A DNA stretch of 63,999 nucleotides, filler included, from Aduncisulcus paluster (taxonomy: Eukaryota), in assembly GCA_024181965.1 (NCBI GenBank). It is 11 parts of 11 records of this genome, joined end to end, with 100 filler letters (N's around TTAATTAATTAA, not from the genome) between each part and the next. Parts side by side here need not be neighbours in the genome. Positions count along the whole stretch, not along the records: positions 48,509 to 51,841 come from BQXS01011509.1; positions 51,942 to 56,002 come from BQXS01011512.1; positions 56,103 to 61,644 come from BQXS01011513.1; 8 more parts are not named here. One strand, given 5' to 3'. Position 1 is the stretch's first letter, and each line of letters begins with the position of its first letter. The translations under genes were made by a program, and so were the position numbers. Under the pieces are notes generated by a model. It did not search any database and was not told where the DNA came from. It saw only the letters and a program-made list of their open reading frames with translations. Positions 48,510 through 59,023 of the stretch are shown here, in pieces.

Positions 48510-48956
48510 GAGAAGTACATCGAAGAGAAGCACCGTGATCCCGTCTTCATCATGAACCATCCACAGATCATGAGTCCTCTTGCCAAGTACCACAGGGATC
48601 GCCCTGGTGTTACGGAGAGGTTTGAACTTCAAGCTGGACCCTTCGAGCTCCTCAACGCTTACACTGAGCTTAACAACCCCATTGTCCAGCGTACCAACTT
48701 TGAGTCTCAGGCAAAGGATAAAGCCGCCGGTGATGATGAAGCACAGTTCATGGATGAGGACTTCTGTGAGGCTCTTGAGCATGGTCTCCCTCCCACTGGA
48801 GGAATTGGAATCGGTATTGACAGGCTTTGTATGCTTATTTGTAACAAGAGTTCTATCCGTGAGACCATTCTCTTCCCCCTTTTGGGAATGAAGAAGGACG
48901 TAAAGTCCAAAGAAGCTGAAGAAGAAGCTGGAGAAGAAGCTGAAGAAGAAAAGTGA
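48510..48956 (+). CDS. KARS: Lysyl-tRNA synthetase (class II), 3' end
   Basis: [13 protein letters not shown]...TERFEL...NAYTELNNP...GDDEA...[19 protein letters not shown] (motif 3). Confidence 0.96.
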   Translation, partial: EKYIEEKHRDPVFIMNHPQIMSPLAKYHRDRPGVTERFELQAGPFELLNAYTELNNPIVQRTNFESQAKDKAAGDDEAQFMDEDFCEALEHGLPPTGGIGIGIDRLCMLICNKSSIRETILFPLLGMKKDVKSKEAEEEAGEEAEEEK

Positions 48957-49168
48957 ATTTTTTGAGCCGTGGTAGTTTACTTCAACTGTGATTAAGTTTA
49001 GTTTATACTATATATGCATATATAATATATGTGAGTGAGTCACTAAGAGTGACTCACAAATTGTGACTGTGTCGGACACAATATCTTTTGAAATAAACAT
49101 TTTAAGACAATTTTGATCTCTGAAAAATTATAGTATAATTGTCATTTGATAAAGCTAAGCAAGTAAAT

Positions 49169-49456
49169 TCATATTGACCTGTCTATACTGTACAATACTG
49201 CATCAGAGATCATGATTGAAGTTTCACTAGGTAATGTCTCAGGGAACTCGAGGTAATTACAACTCTCATCGAATATAATATATCGGCCAGAAACTTCCCC
49301 ATCTGCTTCAATATAGTCCTCAGTGTCAACGTCTGGACGGACCTGCACACCAAACAGAACTTTGGAAGCAAGGGAACTATTCGACCTAATACTGAGGTTT
49401 GATGCAAAGAAGTCAGTAAATCCTGAATCGAAAGAATCTACGCATGTATCAAACAT
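49169..49456 (-). CDS. Small hypothetical acidic protein (95 aa)
   Basis: ATG-initiated ORF with protein-like composition in an otherwise empty interval. No motif recognised. Confidence 0.4.
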   Translation of the reverse strand: MFDTCVDSFDSGFTDFFASNLSIRSNSSLASKVLFGVQVRPDVDTEDYIEADGEVSGRYIIFDESCNYLEFPETLPSETSIMISDAVLYSIDRSI

Positions 49457-49615
49457 GGCAGATGACAGACTAGGGGTTTCGTCGGATAAAATGTTCGTAT
49501 AATACTGTATTTTTGTGGTATGAGTTGGAACATATCAGAGACAAGAGATGTGGGTTTAGTATGATAGAACAAATGAGAGTTCCGTTGAAGAGGTGAGAAT
49601 GAGTGTATTCTAAAG

Positions 49616-51841
49616 TTATTCTTCAGACTCATCTTTCTCAGAATCAATGCTAAATCTCGAGAGATGAGGACCAGGAGTTTTCAATATATCTTCTGTATTC
49701 ATTCCCCTTGACTTGAAGACATCAGGAACATGAGAAGGCGTTTTCCCAAATTTCGAAGCGAATCTATTGACAAGAGCTGACTTTTTCCTTGGTTGATGAG
49801 GCGTATGAAGGAGAGAATCGTCATATTCATCCATCTTATGCACTTGTGGCGTATCACCAGTTATGGGAAAAGATTGTTCAGACACGTCAATAGTACTTGA
49901 AAACGATTGGATATCACATATGGATTTCCCCAAACTCTTACCGGTGGTTACAATCTTTGATGCAGAATCATGGAATGAAGCACATTGCATTGTCGAAAAA
50001 TCTGTTGATTCACGAATATGATCGATATTGACACTAATTTTTTTAGTCGTATCTTCATCTCTTTGATTCCAAGCAGCAACAATATCTTGAGCATCACTTG
50101 CTCGATCACAGGCTTTACCAACTCGCTCGAGAGCATCACTGGTCTTTGAGAAGGTATTATCAATCTCTGCTGAGATGTCACGAGTGTGAACGCCAAATCC
50201 TTCAATAGCTTTGATAGGCTCTGAAGATTCAGTAGACTGCAACTCGGAAGCAGCAGCTCCAATATCGGTTATATTCCTCCTTAACGATAATACTACGGGG
50301 TCTGCATTTGCCATGCATGATTCAACGGCACCAGCAATAGATCCAAGAGCAACATCACATTTTTCGAATGAGGATCCGATAGATTCTTGACTTTCCTTGA
50401 CTTTGGCAGAGCAAGTTTTCAAAGAGGAACCCATAGTCCGCGTATGGGTGGATAGAACACCTTCAACCTCTGATGAAATCATTTCAATTATCCTCGTTTT
50501 GAAATTTTGTAACATAGCCTCTGACCTCGAGCCGGCAGATTCAAGGGTGGAACACACGCTCTCTCTCATCTTTTCGGCTGCTCGGATACCATTTTCAGTA
50601 CAAGCGTGGGCTTCTCCAACTCCCTTTTCAACAGCAACCTCACACTCTTCAAATGAAGATTTTAGTGAGTCAACAGAAGTCAACACCGATGACACCAGTT
50701 TCTCAAGATGGCATGAAACAGCCGATGTCATATCTTTTATCGCCTTTGCCGCTGCTTCTGCCTGGTATGACAAGGACATTGTGTTGGCGGTGATCTTTGA
50801 AGTAGATCTCCTGACTTCATCAAGATAGTCTTCAACATGACCCTTTTCCGCAATAGATCCACTCAAACATTTTGACACTTGCTTCAGCATGGTTGAGGAA
50901 GACTCTCGCATGTCATCAATGGTACGAACAATCAGATTGGTTTGTGTATCAACAATATCTCGGTGGGCCTTGGACATCGTGGCTATTGATTTTGTTAGAG
51001 TCGTAGCATGTTCAACAATTGATTCAACTTTAACCTTAGCTTCTGACGTTTCGCTCAAGATATCATCACGTTTGCCAGTCAAACTCTCAGAGAGAATCAT
51101 TTCTTTCTTACGACCTTCTTCAATTCTGTGTACGAGACCATCCACATCAAGCATCTTTTGTTTCAATTGTCCAATTAGGGCTTGGGCTTGACGCTGAAGT
51201 TTCGAGACAACAGTGTCGTTTTCAGTGCGGACAAGGACTTCTTCTCCAAGCTCATGGCTAGTTATCTGGAGCTTCTCTGTTGCATCACGGAGCTCTTTCT
51301 TTGCCGTTTGAAGCTGTTCTTCGTGTGTATGGAAAAGCTCTTGAAGAATTGCAAATTCTTTCTCCTTTTGGGCGAGTTCAGCATGTAATTCCTCGATTTG
51401 ACGTGCTTGTTCGGCATGTTCTTCACCTTTCAGTTGCATGCTATCATACATCTCCTGAGTGAGGTAGATTCCATACTTGTCTTGTGCGGCTTTGACTTGC
51501 AGTTTTAAAGCTTCAATTTCCCGGACATAATTCTTAATCACTAATTTTTTGGTCATCCTCTCATTCTGCTCGGGCGTATTTTTGATAGTTTTGGCCATTT
51601 GTGCATATTGAAGGGTGCTTTTCGTTGCCTCTTTCGAACCTGCATCGAGGGATACAGTGGCAATGAGACATGTGAATGTACGGCCTCCAAGAGATTCGCT
51701 CAGGAGTTTGGTGAGGTTTGAATCAAGGTAAGGAACGTGTGGATTTCCTTCAGCAATATTACGGATAACACTGCCAAGGGTAAGCAAGGACAAATTAATC
51801 TTGGTGGATTCGGCCTTTCGTTGATAATTAACCTTTCCATC
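49616..51841 (-). CDS. Kinesin-5 (BimC/Eg5-like), 5' partial
   Basis: INLSLLTLG...HVPY.DS.LTKLLSESLGGRT.TCLIATVS...STLQYA..AKTIKNTPEQN, neck KKLVIKNYVREIEALK...KYGIYL, and a BimC-box-like TGDTP. Confidence 0.9.
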   Translation of the reverse strand, partial: DGKVNYQRKAESTKINLSLLTLGSVIRNIAEGNPHVPYLDSNLTKLLSESLGGRTFTCLIATVSLDAGSKEATKSTLQYAQMAKTIKNTPEQNERMTKKLVIKNYVREIEALKLQVKAAQDKYGIYLTQEMYDSMQLKGEEHAEQARQIEELHAELAQKEKEFAILQELFHTHEEQLQTAKKELRDATEKLQITSHELGEEVLVRTENDTVVSKLQRQAQALIGQLKQKMLDVDGLVHRIEEGRKKEMILSESLTGKRDDILSETSEAKVKVESIVEHATTLTKSIATMSKAHRDIVDTQTNLIVRTIDDMRESSSTMLKQVSKCLSGSIAEKGHVEDYLDEVRRSTSKITANTMSLSYQAEAAAKAIKDMTSAVSCHLEKLVSSVLTSVDSLKSSFEECEVAVEKGVGEAHACTENGIRAAEKMRESVCSTLESAGSRSEAMLQNFKTRIIEMISSEVEGVLSTHTRTMGSSLKTCSAKVKESQESIGSSFEKCDVALGSIAGAVESCMANADPVVLSLRRNITDIGAAASELQSTESSEPIKAIEGFGVHTRDISAEIDNTFSKTSDALERVGKACDRASDAQDIVAAWNQRDEDTTKKISVNIDHIRESTDFSTMQCASFHDSASKIVTTGKSLGKSICDIQSFSSTIDVSEQSFPITGDTPQVHKMDEYDDSLLHTPHQPRKKSALVNRFASKFGKTPSHVPDVFKSRGMNTEDILKTPGPHLSRFSIDSEKDESEE

Positions 51842-51941
51842 NNNNNNNNNNNNNNNNNNNNNNNNNNNNNNNNNNNNNNNNNNNNTTAATTAATTAANNN
51901 NNNNNNNNNNNNNNNNNNNNNNNNNNNNNNNNNNNNNNNNN
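51842..51941. other. Artificial contig linker
   Basis: N44-TTAATTAATTAA-N44. Confidence 0.98.
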
Positions 51942-52029
51942 CCTTCATCCTTCACAAACATAAGATCAATATGCCTCTATCTGTTTTTTTCTTTTGTTTT
52001 TGTAACAAAGCTCGTATAAATATTTCATA

Positions 52030-52263
52030 ATGCAGATCTTCGTCCGTACTCTTACTGGAAAGACCATCACTCTTGATGTCGACCAATCTGATTCCATCGA
52101 CTCTGTCAAAGCCAAGATCCAAGAGAAGGAAGGAATCCCTCCTGAACAACAGCGTCTTATCTTCGCTGGTAAACAGCTTGATGAGGGTCGTACTCTTGGA
52201 GACTACAACATCATGAAGGATTCTACCCTTCACCTTGTTCTCCGTCTTCGTGGAGGATTCTAA
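52030..52263 (+). CDS. Ubiquitin, single unit with a one-residue (Phe) C-terminal extension
   Basis: [15 protein letters not shown]...[11 protein letters not shown]. Confidence 0.97.
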   Translation: MQIFVRTLTGKTITLDVDQSDSIDSVKAKIQEKEGIPPEQQRLIFAGKQLDEGRTLGDYNIMKDSTLHLVLRLRGGF

Positions 52264-52879
52264 GTTTAAGAATGTTTTTCAAATCTCATTATATATCAAT
52301 ATCTATATCTATATATCCAATGAGTTCCACTCCATTCAACCTCAATATCAATATAATATCAATCATATATTTATTTGTCAAGCATTTCTATAAAACTCCT
52401 TCACTTCTTCAATAATATAGGCGTCACAACCAATAAATCAAAAAGAATAAATGTTATCTTTCATATTTAAAGAATAAATCAAACTTAATAAACAAAAGAA
52501 AACGCTCAGATATCTTCAAAAAACATGATGCATCGCATATTGTAAGATAAGTGAGTTCGAATAGAATATGAGTAAGGGAGAGCAAACAAATGAAGTTGCT
52601 GGCTTCTCTCACGAATTGTTCTTCATTGTCTGTGATAATTTATCTTGTATCCACTTCGCTTCTAGTTCTATTGCCGCAGATTTTTCGTGTTTGTTGACAA
52701 AAAGTTACAAAAAACAAAAAACTCATTTTCTCCATAAAAAAACGCAAACAAATTTATTTCCAAGATAAAATAAAAACATTTTAATAATAAATATCAATTT
52801 ATACCATTGTTAACAGTCAGTTCGATCTGATTATCCCCAAGGTCTTGAAGAAGTCCAGTATCATGATGAAACTGCAAGA

Positions 52880-55800
52880 TCAAACATCAAAATCGTAACA
52901 AAACACTTGACCATCCATATTTCCCATCAACAACTTGTTTTCATTGCTTTCGAAATGAATAAACTCACCAACAACGCTTATTCTCTTTCCGGTGGCAACA
53001 GAACGCACTCTCCAAGTAGCTTGATTTTCGCCGTTGCTTCTCATCTTATCATCAATCCTCTGATCGAATGGAAGGAGAACCAATGAAATCAACTTCCCAT
53101 CATTGAACAAAACAGAGACAAGATCACCAATGATGTGAATTCCAACACATTTCCCAGAAAATCCCTCACTTCTCAGGCTTCTAGATCCACCCACAAAAAT
53201 TAATTCGGACCCAAGTTCTCTTTCCTCCATCACAATCACTCGCCCACACTCACAAGCAAAGACAAGAGTTCGAAGAGAAGGGCACACATCAATTCCGACA
53301 CATTTCGAGGGAAGCCTAAATAGACTCTGAGAAACTTTATCGAAATCAGAATCTGATTTGGGAGAAACTAAAAATACTTCTCTCTCACATGAACAAATAA
53401 GGTTATCTCCGATTGATTGGACATGATTGACAGAAGAAGGGAATCTGGGTGAAAGAGAAACACTCTTCTCTTTAGAAACAAGGACAATTTGGTATTCTTT
53501 TCCAATGCACTCCGAAATATAAAAAGAATCATCTTTCCAACCACAGAACAACCCAGAATCATCAACGACAGATTGAGGAACAAGAGAAAAAGAGGAACTT
53601 GAACCATCATCACTTTCTATTTTTAGAATACACTTTCTCAAGGTGTCTTTTGACCAAATGTGGATTTCATCCCCAAATATAATAGCTTTCCCTGGAACAA
53701 TATCGTGTACAATTGTTTGACATAATGGTTCAATTTGTTGTAGTTTTGGCCGTCTCCTTCGTGCTGATGATCTTCCAGTTCCCTTGCTTGTTGATCCGGC
53801 ATGCCCCACCTCTGATTCGATCCCAGAGTACTCAGGAAAGTCCTGAACTGATCTATCTGAGCCATGGGATTTATCAGAAGGCTTCGAGTGGCTTGTAGAA
53901 AGACTAAATAATTCGACGGATCTTCCTCGGATAATAACACACAAGCAAATCCCTCTGACTTTTTGGATGGCAATGGATTCGATAACGCAGGATTCTGGAG
54001 AGGAAGATTCATATGAAGAGAGAGAAGAGCTTGAGAATTTCCAACTGGAGAACAAGTCATAAATCTTTGGTGGGAATGGTGATGGTAATTTTTGTGTGTG
54101 AAATAAAGAATTCAAGGCAAGGGATTGTGTAACATGGAAAGGAAAGAAAGGAGATGGTTCTAAATCTTGTTTCTTTCCAGTTGATTCAATTTCTTTGTTG
54201 CTTTCTTTTCTACTCGTTGGAAGTTTCTCACTTGGAATCTCTTCCCTTGACTTTGAATATCCATGTTTTAAGTCTTCTTCCTGTTGTTTTGAACGGGGAT
54301 TTGATAAGGGATCTTTTTCCACTTCAATGGATCGTTCCATAATTATGCCTTGCTTATCCATATATATCTCCTCTTCTTCCTCTTCTTCTTCCTCCTCCTC
54401 TTCTTCTTCCTCCTCCTCTTCTTCTTCCTCCTCCTCATCCTCCTCTTCTTCTTCTTCCATTTGAACATGTCCACCGTATAAATCATCCAAAACAATCTGC
54501 TCAGAGTCCAGAGTTGAGGTATGCCCCATTGAGATATTAGAGTGAGGACTCGGATTGTATGTTGAAGCTTTAACACGAGGAGGACACTCATCCCACCCGC
54601 TAAGTTCATCTTCTGCGTCATTCTTTCCATTGTATTCAACACAGAACCCATGGATTCTATCTCCGACACTCCAACCTGCCTCTTCACGGACAAGATTATA
54701 ACAATGTTTCTCAATATTGCTGATATCAGCCGGAATAATGAAAGGATAATGAATTTGCATATATTCGATGAGGGCATTGATGTTAACTTTGTTGGCCAAG
54801 GATATCTCAAAGTCTCCTTCTTGAACATGACTATCATCTTTGCTTTCGCCAGCAACACTCACCTCGTATTTAAAGGAGAAAGTAATGAGTCGTTCATCAT
54901 CAGTGATCGTGGCAGTCTCACACTCATCGTCAGACAACAGATACTCAAGGTGTTTGGATTGTTCTTCTTCCGAATAAGCAGGAATATCGGTGTCTATTCC
55001 AAAAATAGGAGCTCTCTCTGACTCCCTCAATCTCTCTTCTCTTCTCTCAGCATCGAGAGCTCTAATGGTCAGTTCATTTTCTTTACACCGTCGCTGATAG
55101 AGTTGCTCATATTCATATCTCCTCTGCCGATCGTTCCTCACAGACATCTCGAAGCGTGTATCTGTTAAGATCTTATTGGCTTCAAAGGAGGCGGAATCTT
55201 CGTATGAATGACCAGAAAGGGGATGAAAGTCATCACCAAACATTCTTTCTTGCTCTGACATGAAGTCAAATCGACTCCTTTCTTCTTTTCTTTGGAGCAA
55301 CTCTTTGCGAGAAAGACCAAAGCTCTTTGATGGTGGGGTCGTTGAATTATCAAAATCTTCATAGACAGGAATTCCAAGCTTTCTTTTGGTAGACACAGAA
55401 GCTTTTGCAATCGACTCTTGCGTTTTCTTTTCTTGTTCACGGATCTTCTTCTCTTCCTCCAAGGTAGCCTGTAATTCACGTTGAGCTGCACGCTTAAGTC
55501 TTGCTTCTTTGATTTTAGCTTCCTTGTCATGTTGCTTTCTTTCCTCAGCAGTGAGGTGAATGAAATTGGCATCATACTCCGCCTGGGCAGCGGCCAACAT
55601 AAACTTATCACGTTTTGCATCAATTACTTCTTGTTTCTTCTCTTCTCTCATCTTTCTTTTTTCCTCAAGCCTTTTCCTAGCTTTTAGCTGCATTTCTTTC
55701 TTTTTCCGTTGATCCCTCTTCTTTTCTTTCTCCTTATCGCTTTCAGAAATGGATGGAGACATGGAGACGGGAAGGAAAGACTTCAAAAGATGCCTAGAAC

Positions 55801-56002
55801 GATATGAATCTTTCTCAAGGCCTTTGCTGGCGATCGATGCAGCTGCAATGGATGCAGAGTGCTGAGAAAGCTGAGACTGTCTGGAAGGCGTTGAATTGTA
55901 AGAATGGGGAGTGCTATATTGACTTCTTTGGCTGAGCGCAGATTTGGGAGTGGATTTGGAATGAAGTCTCTCCAATTCTTTTTGAACCTCAGCTTCAATC
56001 TC
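52880..56002 (-). CDS. Hypothetical protein: coiled-coil N-half, acidic tract, probable beta-propeller C-terminus; 5' partial
   Basis: ORF of more than 1,000 aa. The C-terminus has short beta-strand repeats ending LLMGNMDGQVFCYDF. Confidence 0.75.
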   Translation of the reverse strand, partial: EIEAEVQKELERLHSKSTPKSALSQRSQYSTPHSYNSTPSRQSQLSQHSASIAAASIASKGLEKDSYRSRHLLKSFLPVSMSPSISESDKEKEKKRDQRKKKEMQLKARKRLEEKRKMREEKKQEVIDAKRDKFMLAAAQAEYDANFIHLTAEERKQHDKEAKIKEARLKRAAQRELQATLEEEKKIREQEKKTQESIAKASVSTKRKLGIPVYEDFDNSTTPPSKSFGLSRKELLQRKEERSRFDFMSEQERMFGDDFHPLSGHSYEDSASFEANKILTDTRFEMSVRNDRQRRYEYEQLYQRRCKENELTIRALDAERREERLRESERAPIFGIDTDIPAYSEEEQSKHLEYLLSDDECETATITDDERLITFSFKYEVSVAGESKDDSHVQEGDFEISLANKVNINALIEYMQIHYPFIIPADISNIEKHCYNLVREEAGWSVGDRIHGFCVEYNGKNDAEDELSGWDECPPRVKASTYNPSPHSNISMGHTSTLDSEQIVLDDLYGGHVQMEEEEEEDEEEEEEEEEEEEEEEEEEEEEEEIYMDKQGIIMERSIEVEKDPLSNPRSKQQEEDLKHGYSKSREEIPSEKLPTSRKESNKEIESTGKKQDLEPSPFFPFHVTQSLALNSLFHTQKLPSPFPPKIYDLFSSWKFSSSSLSSYESSSPESCVIESIAIQKVRGICLCVIIRGRSVELFSLSTSHSKPSDKSHGSDRSVQDFPEYSGIESEVGHAGSTSKGTGRSSARRRRPKLQQIEPLCQTIVHDIVPGKAIIFGDEIHIWSKDTLRKCILKIESDDGSSSSFSLVPQSVVDDSGLFCGWKDDSFYISECIGKEYQIVLVSKEKSVSLSPRFPSSVNHVQSIGDNLICSCEREVFLVSPKSDSDFDKVSQSLFRLPSKCVGIDVCPSLRTLVFACECGRVIVMEERELGSELIFVGGSRSLRSEGFSGKCVGIHIIGDLVSVLFNDGKLISLVLLPFDQRIDDKMRSNGENQATWRVRSVATGKRISVVGEFIHFESNENKLLMGNMDGQVFCYDFDV

Positions 56003-56102
56003 NNNNNNNNNNNNNNNNNNNNNNNNNNNNNNNNNNNNNNNNNNNNTTAATTAATTAANNNNNNNNNNNNNNNNNNNNNNNNNNNNNNNNNNNNNNNNNN
56101 NN
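56003..56102. other. Artificial contig linker
   Basis: N44-TTAATTAATTAA-N44. Confidence 0.98.
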
Positions 56103-58907
56103 GTGAAAGAAGCGAGAAGAGAGAGACGGATGGAGAGAGAAAGAGAGAGGAAAGAGTTGGAAAGAGAGAAGAGGAAGAGGGAAGAGGAAGAGAAGAGAAA
56201 GGTCGAACTAAAATTAAGGAAAAAGAGCAATATAATTAAGCTTTCAAAGGAAGCTGGTATATCTCCTTCTCCCCCTCATGGGGATGAAGAAGAAGCCAAG
56301 GAAGCCAAGGAAGACCAGGGTGAGCGTTCATCAAGCGTCAGCATACGATTGAAATCTGGAGCTGCTGTTAAGTACTGTGGTGGGGTTTGTATTCGGGTGT
56401 TTGTTCCGCTTTGTTCTGAAGTGTGTGGATGCATAGGAATCAATGTTGCAGGCTTTCTGAGACATTGGAACGAATGGAAAAGGAAAGATAATGATAGACG
56501 TGGGAAGAAACATGTGACATCATGTATCGAACATCTCTTAACCCCTGAGGTTGGGACAAAGCGTTCTTCAGATAGTTCTACAAGTGAAAACGTGAATGAG
56601 GAAAGTTTTGGAGGTAGTGAGAGTAGCACTATACATACTCCACGTTCTAAGAATGCAGCTCTTTCGTCGTCTGTATTCCTTTCTTCATCTCTCACGCACA
56701 CTCGTTCAATCGAGGCCGCCTCAAGCGCCACTATCACACCCCCTCCAGATTCACCCTTTCACTCACTTATCCCTTCTCCTCAAATCTCACAATCACCAGC
56801 GCTTGACCTGCTCTCTGGTGAGTGCATAGCTGGTATTCTGCTCTGTGGCTCTGACAGAGAAAGTATACCCAAGGATAAATTACTCCTCCTAGAGGCAAAC
56901 AACCCAATCGTAGGGAAATCTGAAGCTATACCACACGTGGATAAAATAGATGCTGACGACGGAGCTGCTGGAGATCTATCTGTCAATGAAGGGATAACCA
57001 GTGGATTGGGAAGGAATCTCTCAGCAAACCTAAATCCTGCAAGACAATGTATATTAGACTCCCTTGAGTCTGTTAAGGAGGAAGAGGCTGCTCTTTCCGT
57101 GGCTCTCGTCACATGTTTCTCTCTTACTGTGGCCCTAGATGAGTGGGAGAGGGAGTTGTGTGGGGTGCTGAGTGTTCGGGATGGTGGAAAGGGTGGAAGA
57201 GTTGATATCGACGGCTGTGATAATTCATCAAAGCCGCTTCAACCCTCTGATGTTGTTTTGTTCCACCCTGAAATATATTCCTATGATCTTAAACATATCT
57301 CAGATGATAAGAAAAAATCTAAGTTCCCATTGCTCTCAAAATCTATTCAATCCAAGTTTTCTACAAATAATGTAAGATATTCTATTCCTATTCTTAGTCG
57401 TGTCTTTTCTCTTCTCGTGAAATCATCAACTTCTAACTCTGGTTTCATTCGATTAAGCACTACGCAATTGTGTTGTAGACTTATCTTGGAATTAGCACAC
57501 CCTGTTAGTAGTACATCATTATATTCTAGCGTATACCTCGATTCGAATGACGGTGTCGCCTTGAATGTGCCTGCTTTTCTCCACCCGTCCCATTTGCACG
57601 ATCTTGTCCTTTCTTTGTCTCGCACTCGCATTAACCTCTCTATTTCAATCTGTGAGTGGCTCTCGCAACAACCAAAGGGAAAGATCGAGGATGAGATGTC
57701 AAAGCGTGAACAACGTGATATCGATCGGGCTGAATCGTGTTTGCTGTCAACGCAAGAACAAGATATTCAGGAACAGCGTGCTCCTGTTGAAGGGTGTGAT
57801 TCTATTGATCTGAGAGAGACATCAGAAATGAAGAAGCGGTGGATGAAGGTCAAAGAATACGTGCAAGATTGTCAAAGGGAGGGGGAACGTATTGCGACAA
57901 TGAGAGCTGAAGGAAAAGAAGCAGAAATTGAAGATTCGATTGACCCTCTTGAGTTGTGGAATAAGATTAAATTTATTGTCGGAACTGATTCCATCCCAAG
58001 CTTATACCGATCTTTACGTTTCTCGCTCCAATTTATGATTCCCGTATCCCTNNNNNNNNNNNNNNNNNNNNAACAGCGTGCTCCTGTTGAAGGGTGTGAT
58101 TCTATTGATCTGAGAGAGACATCAGAAATGAAGAAGCGGTGGATGAAGGTCAAAGAATACGTGCAAGATTGTCAAAGGGAGGGGGAACGTATTGCGACAA
58201 TGAGAGCTGAAGGAAAAGAAGCAGAAATTGAAGATTCGATTGACCCTCTTGATTTGTGGAATAAGATTAAATTTATTGTCGGAACTGATTCCATCCCAAG
58301 CTTATACCGATCTTTACGTTTCTCGCTCCAATTTATGATTCCCGTATCCCTTGAAAAATTCCTTTCCTCTTCCTTCCATCTTCTTCCTTCTGAACATGTT
58401 GATTCCAAGACTCCTCTCCCGAATCGGTTGCCTCATTCTATTGACGAACGTCTGGAGCTTGATGTGTGTCGCATGGCTTGCATTGTGTGTGTGTGTATGA
58501 GTATTGGACTCATATGTGGTCCTGCAGGATGGGAAAGAGGGGAGGAGAGAGAGAGATGCACTGCTGAGGAAAAGAAAACAGAGGAGGAGACAGTTGATTT
58601 CCTTGAAGAAAAGGAGGAAGAAAAAGAAGATGTCATAAAAATAGATGCTGAGAGAGATGATATAGTGGCTGGCATCAATGAGTTAACAATTGAATTGGGT
58701 GAAGTCCCTCTGGATAAAGGAAAAGAGGAAGAGGAGGAAAGTGAGAGTGAAAGTTTGTTGGCAGAAGATGAAGAAAGAATACCTTTCGATCTTGAGTCAA
58801 TTTTATCATTCTTCGTGAATGCAAATCGACAGCAAAAGTGTTACGGTGAGGCAAAGAGCACTGGTCGTGTGAAAAAGGTGACGATCACTGATCTATTATT
58901 GTACTAA
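56103..58907 (+). CDS. Possible CLEC16A/TT9-like protein, C-terminal part
   Basis: IRLSTTQLCCRLILEL and RLPHSIDER resemble recalled CLEC16A segments (IRLATLELSCLLLKQ; RLPCGDVE). The CDS is clear, the identity tentative. Confidence 0.55.
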   Translation: MKEARRERRMERERERKELEREKRKREEEEKRKVELKLRKKSNIIKLSKEAGISPSPPHGDEEEAKEAKEDQGERSSSVSIRLKSGAAVKYCGGVCIRVFVPLCSEVCGCIGINVAGFLRHWNEWKRKDNDRRGKKHVTSCIEHLLTPEVGTKRSSDSSTSENVNEESFGGSESSTIHTPRSKNAALSSSVFLSSSLTHTRSIEAASSATITPPPDSPFHSLIPSPQISQSPALDLLSGECIAGILLCGSDRESIPKDKLLLLEANNPIVGKSEAIPHVDKIDADDGAAGDLSVNEGITSGLGRNLSANLNPARQCILDSLESVKEEEAALSVALVTCFSLTVALDEWERELCGVLSVRDGGKGGRVDIDGCDNSSKPLQPSDVVLFHPEIYSYDLKHISDDKKKSKFPLLSKSIQSKFSTNNVRYSIPILSRVFSLLVKSSTSNSGFIRLSTTQLCCRLILELAHPVSSTSLYSSVYLDSNDGVALNVPAFLHPSHLHDLVLSLSRTRINLSISICEWLSQQPKGKIEDEMSKREQRDIDRAESCLLSTQEQDIQEQRAPVEGCDSIDLRETSEMKKRWMKVKEYVQDCQREGERIATMRAEGKEAEIEDSIDPLELWNKIKFIVGTDSIPSLYRSLRFSLQFMIPVSXXXXXXXXQRAPVEGCDSIDLRETSEMKKRWMKVKEYVQDCQREGERIATMRAEGKEAEIEDSIDPLDLWNKIKFIVGTDSIPSLYRSLRFSLQFMIPVSLEKFLSSSFHLLPSEHVDSKTPLPNRLPHSIDERLELDVCRMACIVCVCMSIGLICGPAGWERGEERERCTAEEKKTEEETVDFLEEKEEEKEDVIKIDAERDDIVAGINELTIELGEVPLDKGKEEEEESESESLLAEDEERIPFDLESILSFFVNANRQQKCYGEAKSTGRVKKVTITDLLLY

Positions 58908-59023
58908 ACCAATCTATAAATAGATCAGTACATTTATTCTTTGTATTTCATTGAAAATGGATGGGGGTGAAATTACTCCGAGGTAACTTCCTTTGGAGTA
59001 AATTTGATAATCTCTTGCTTTGA

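Noticed and set aside
43624-48956. tRNA-Lys and lysyl-tRNA synthetase as a linked locus
   Set aside because: A linker at 48409-48508 separates them; the proximity is coincidental.
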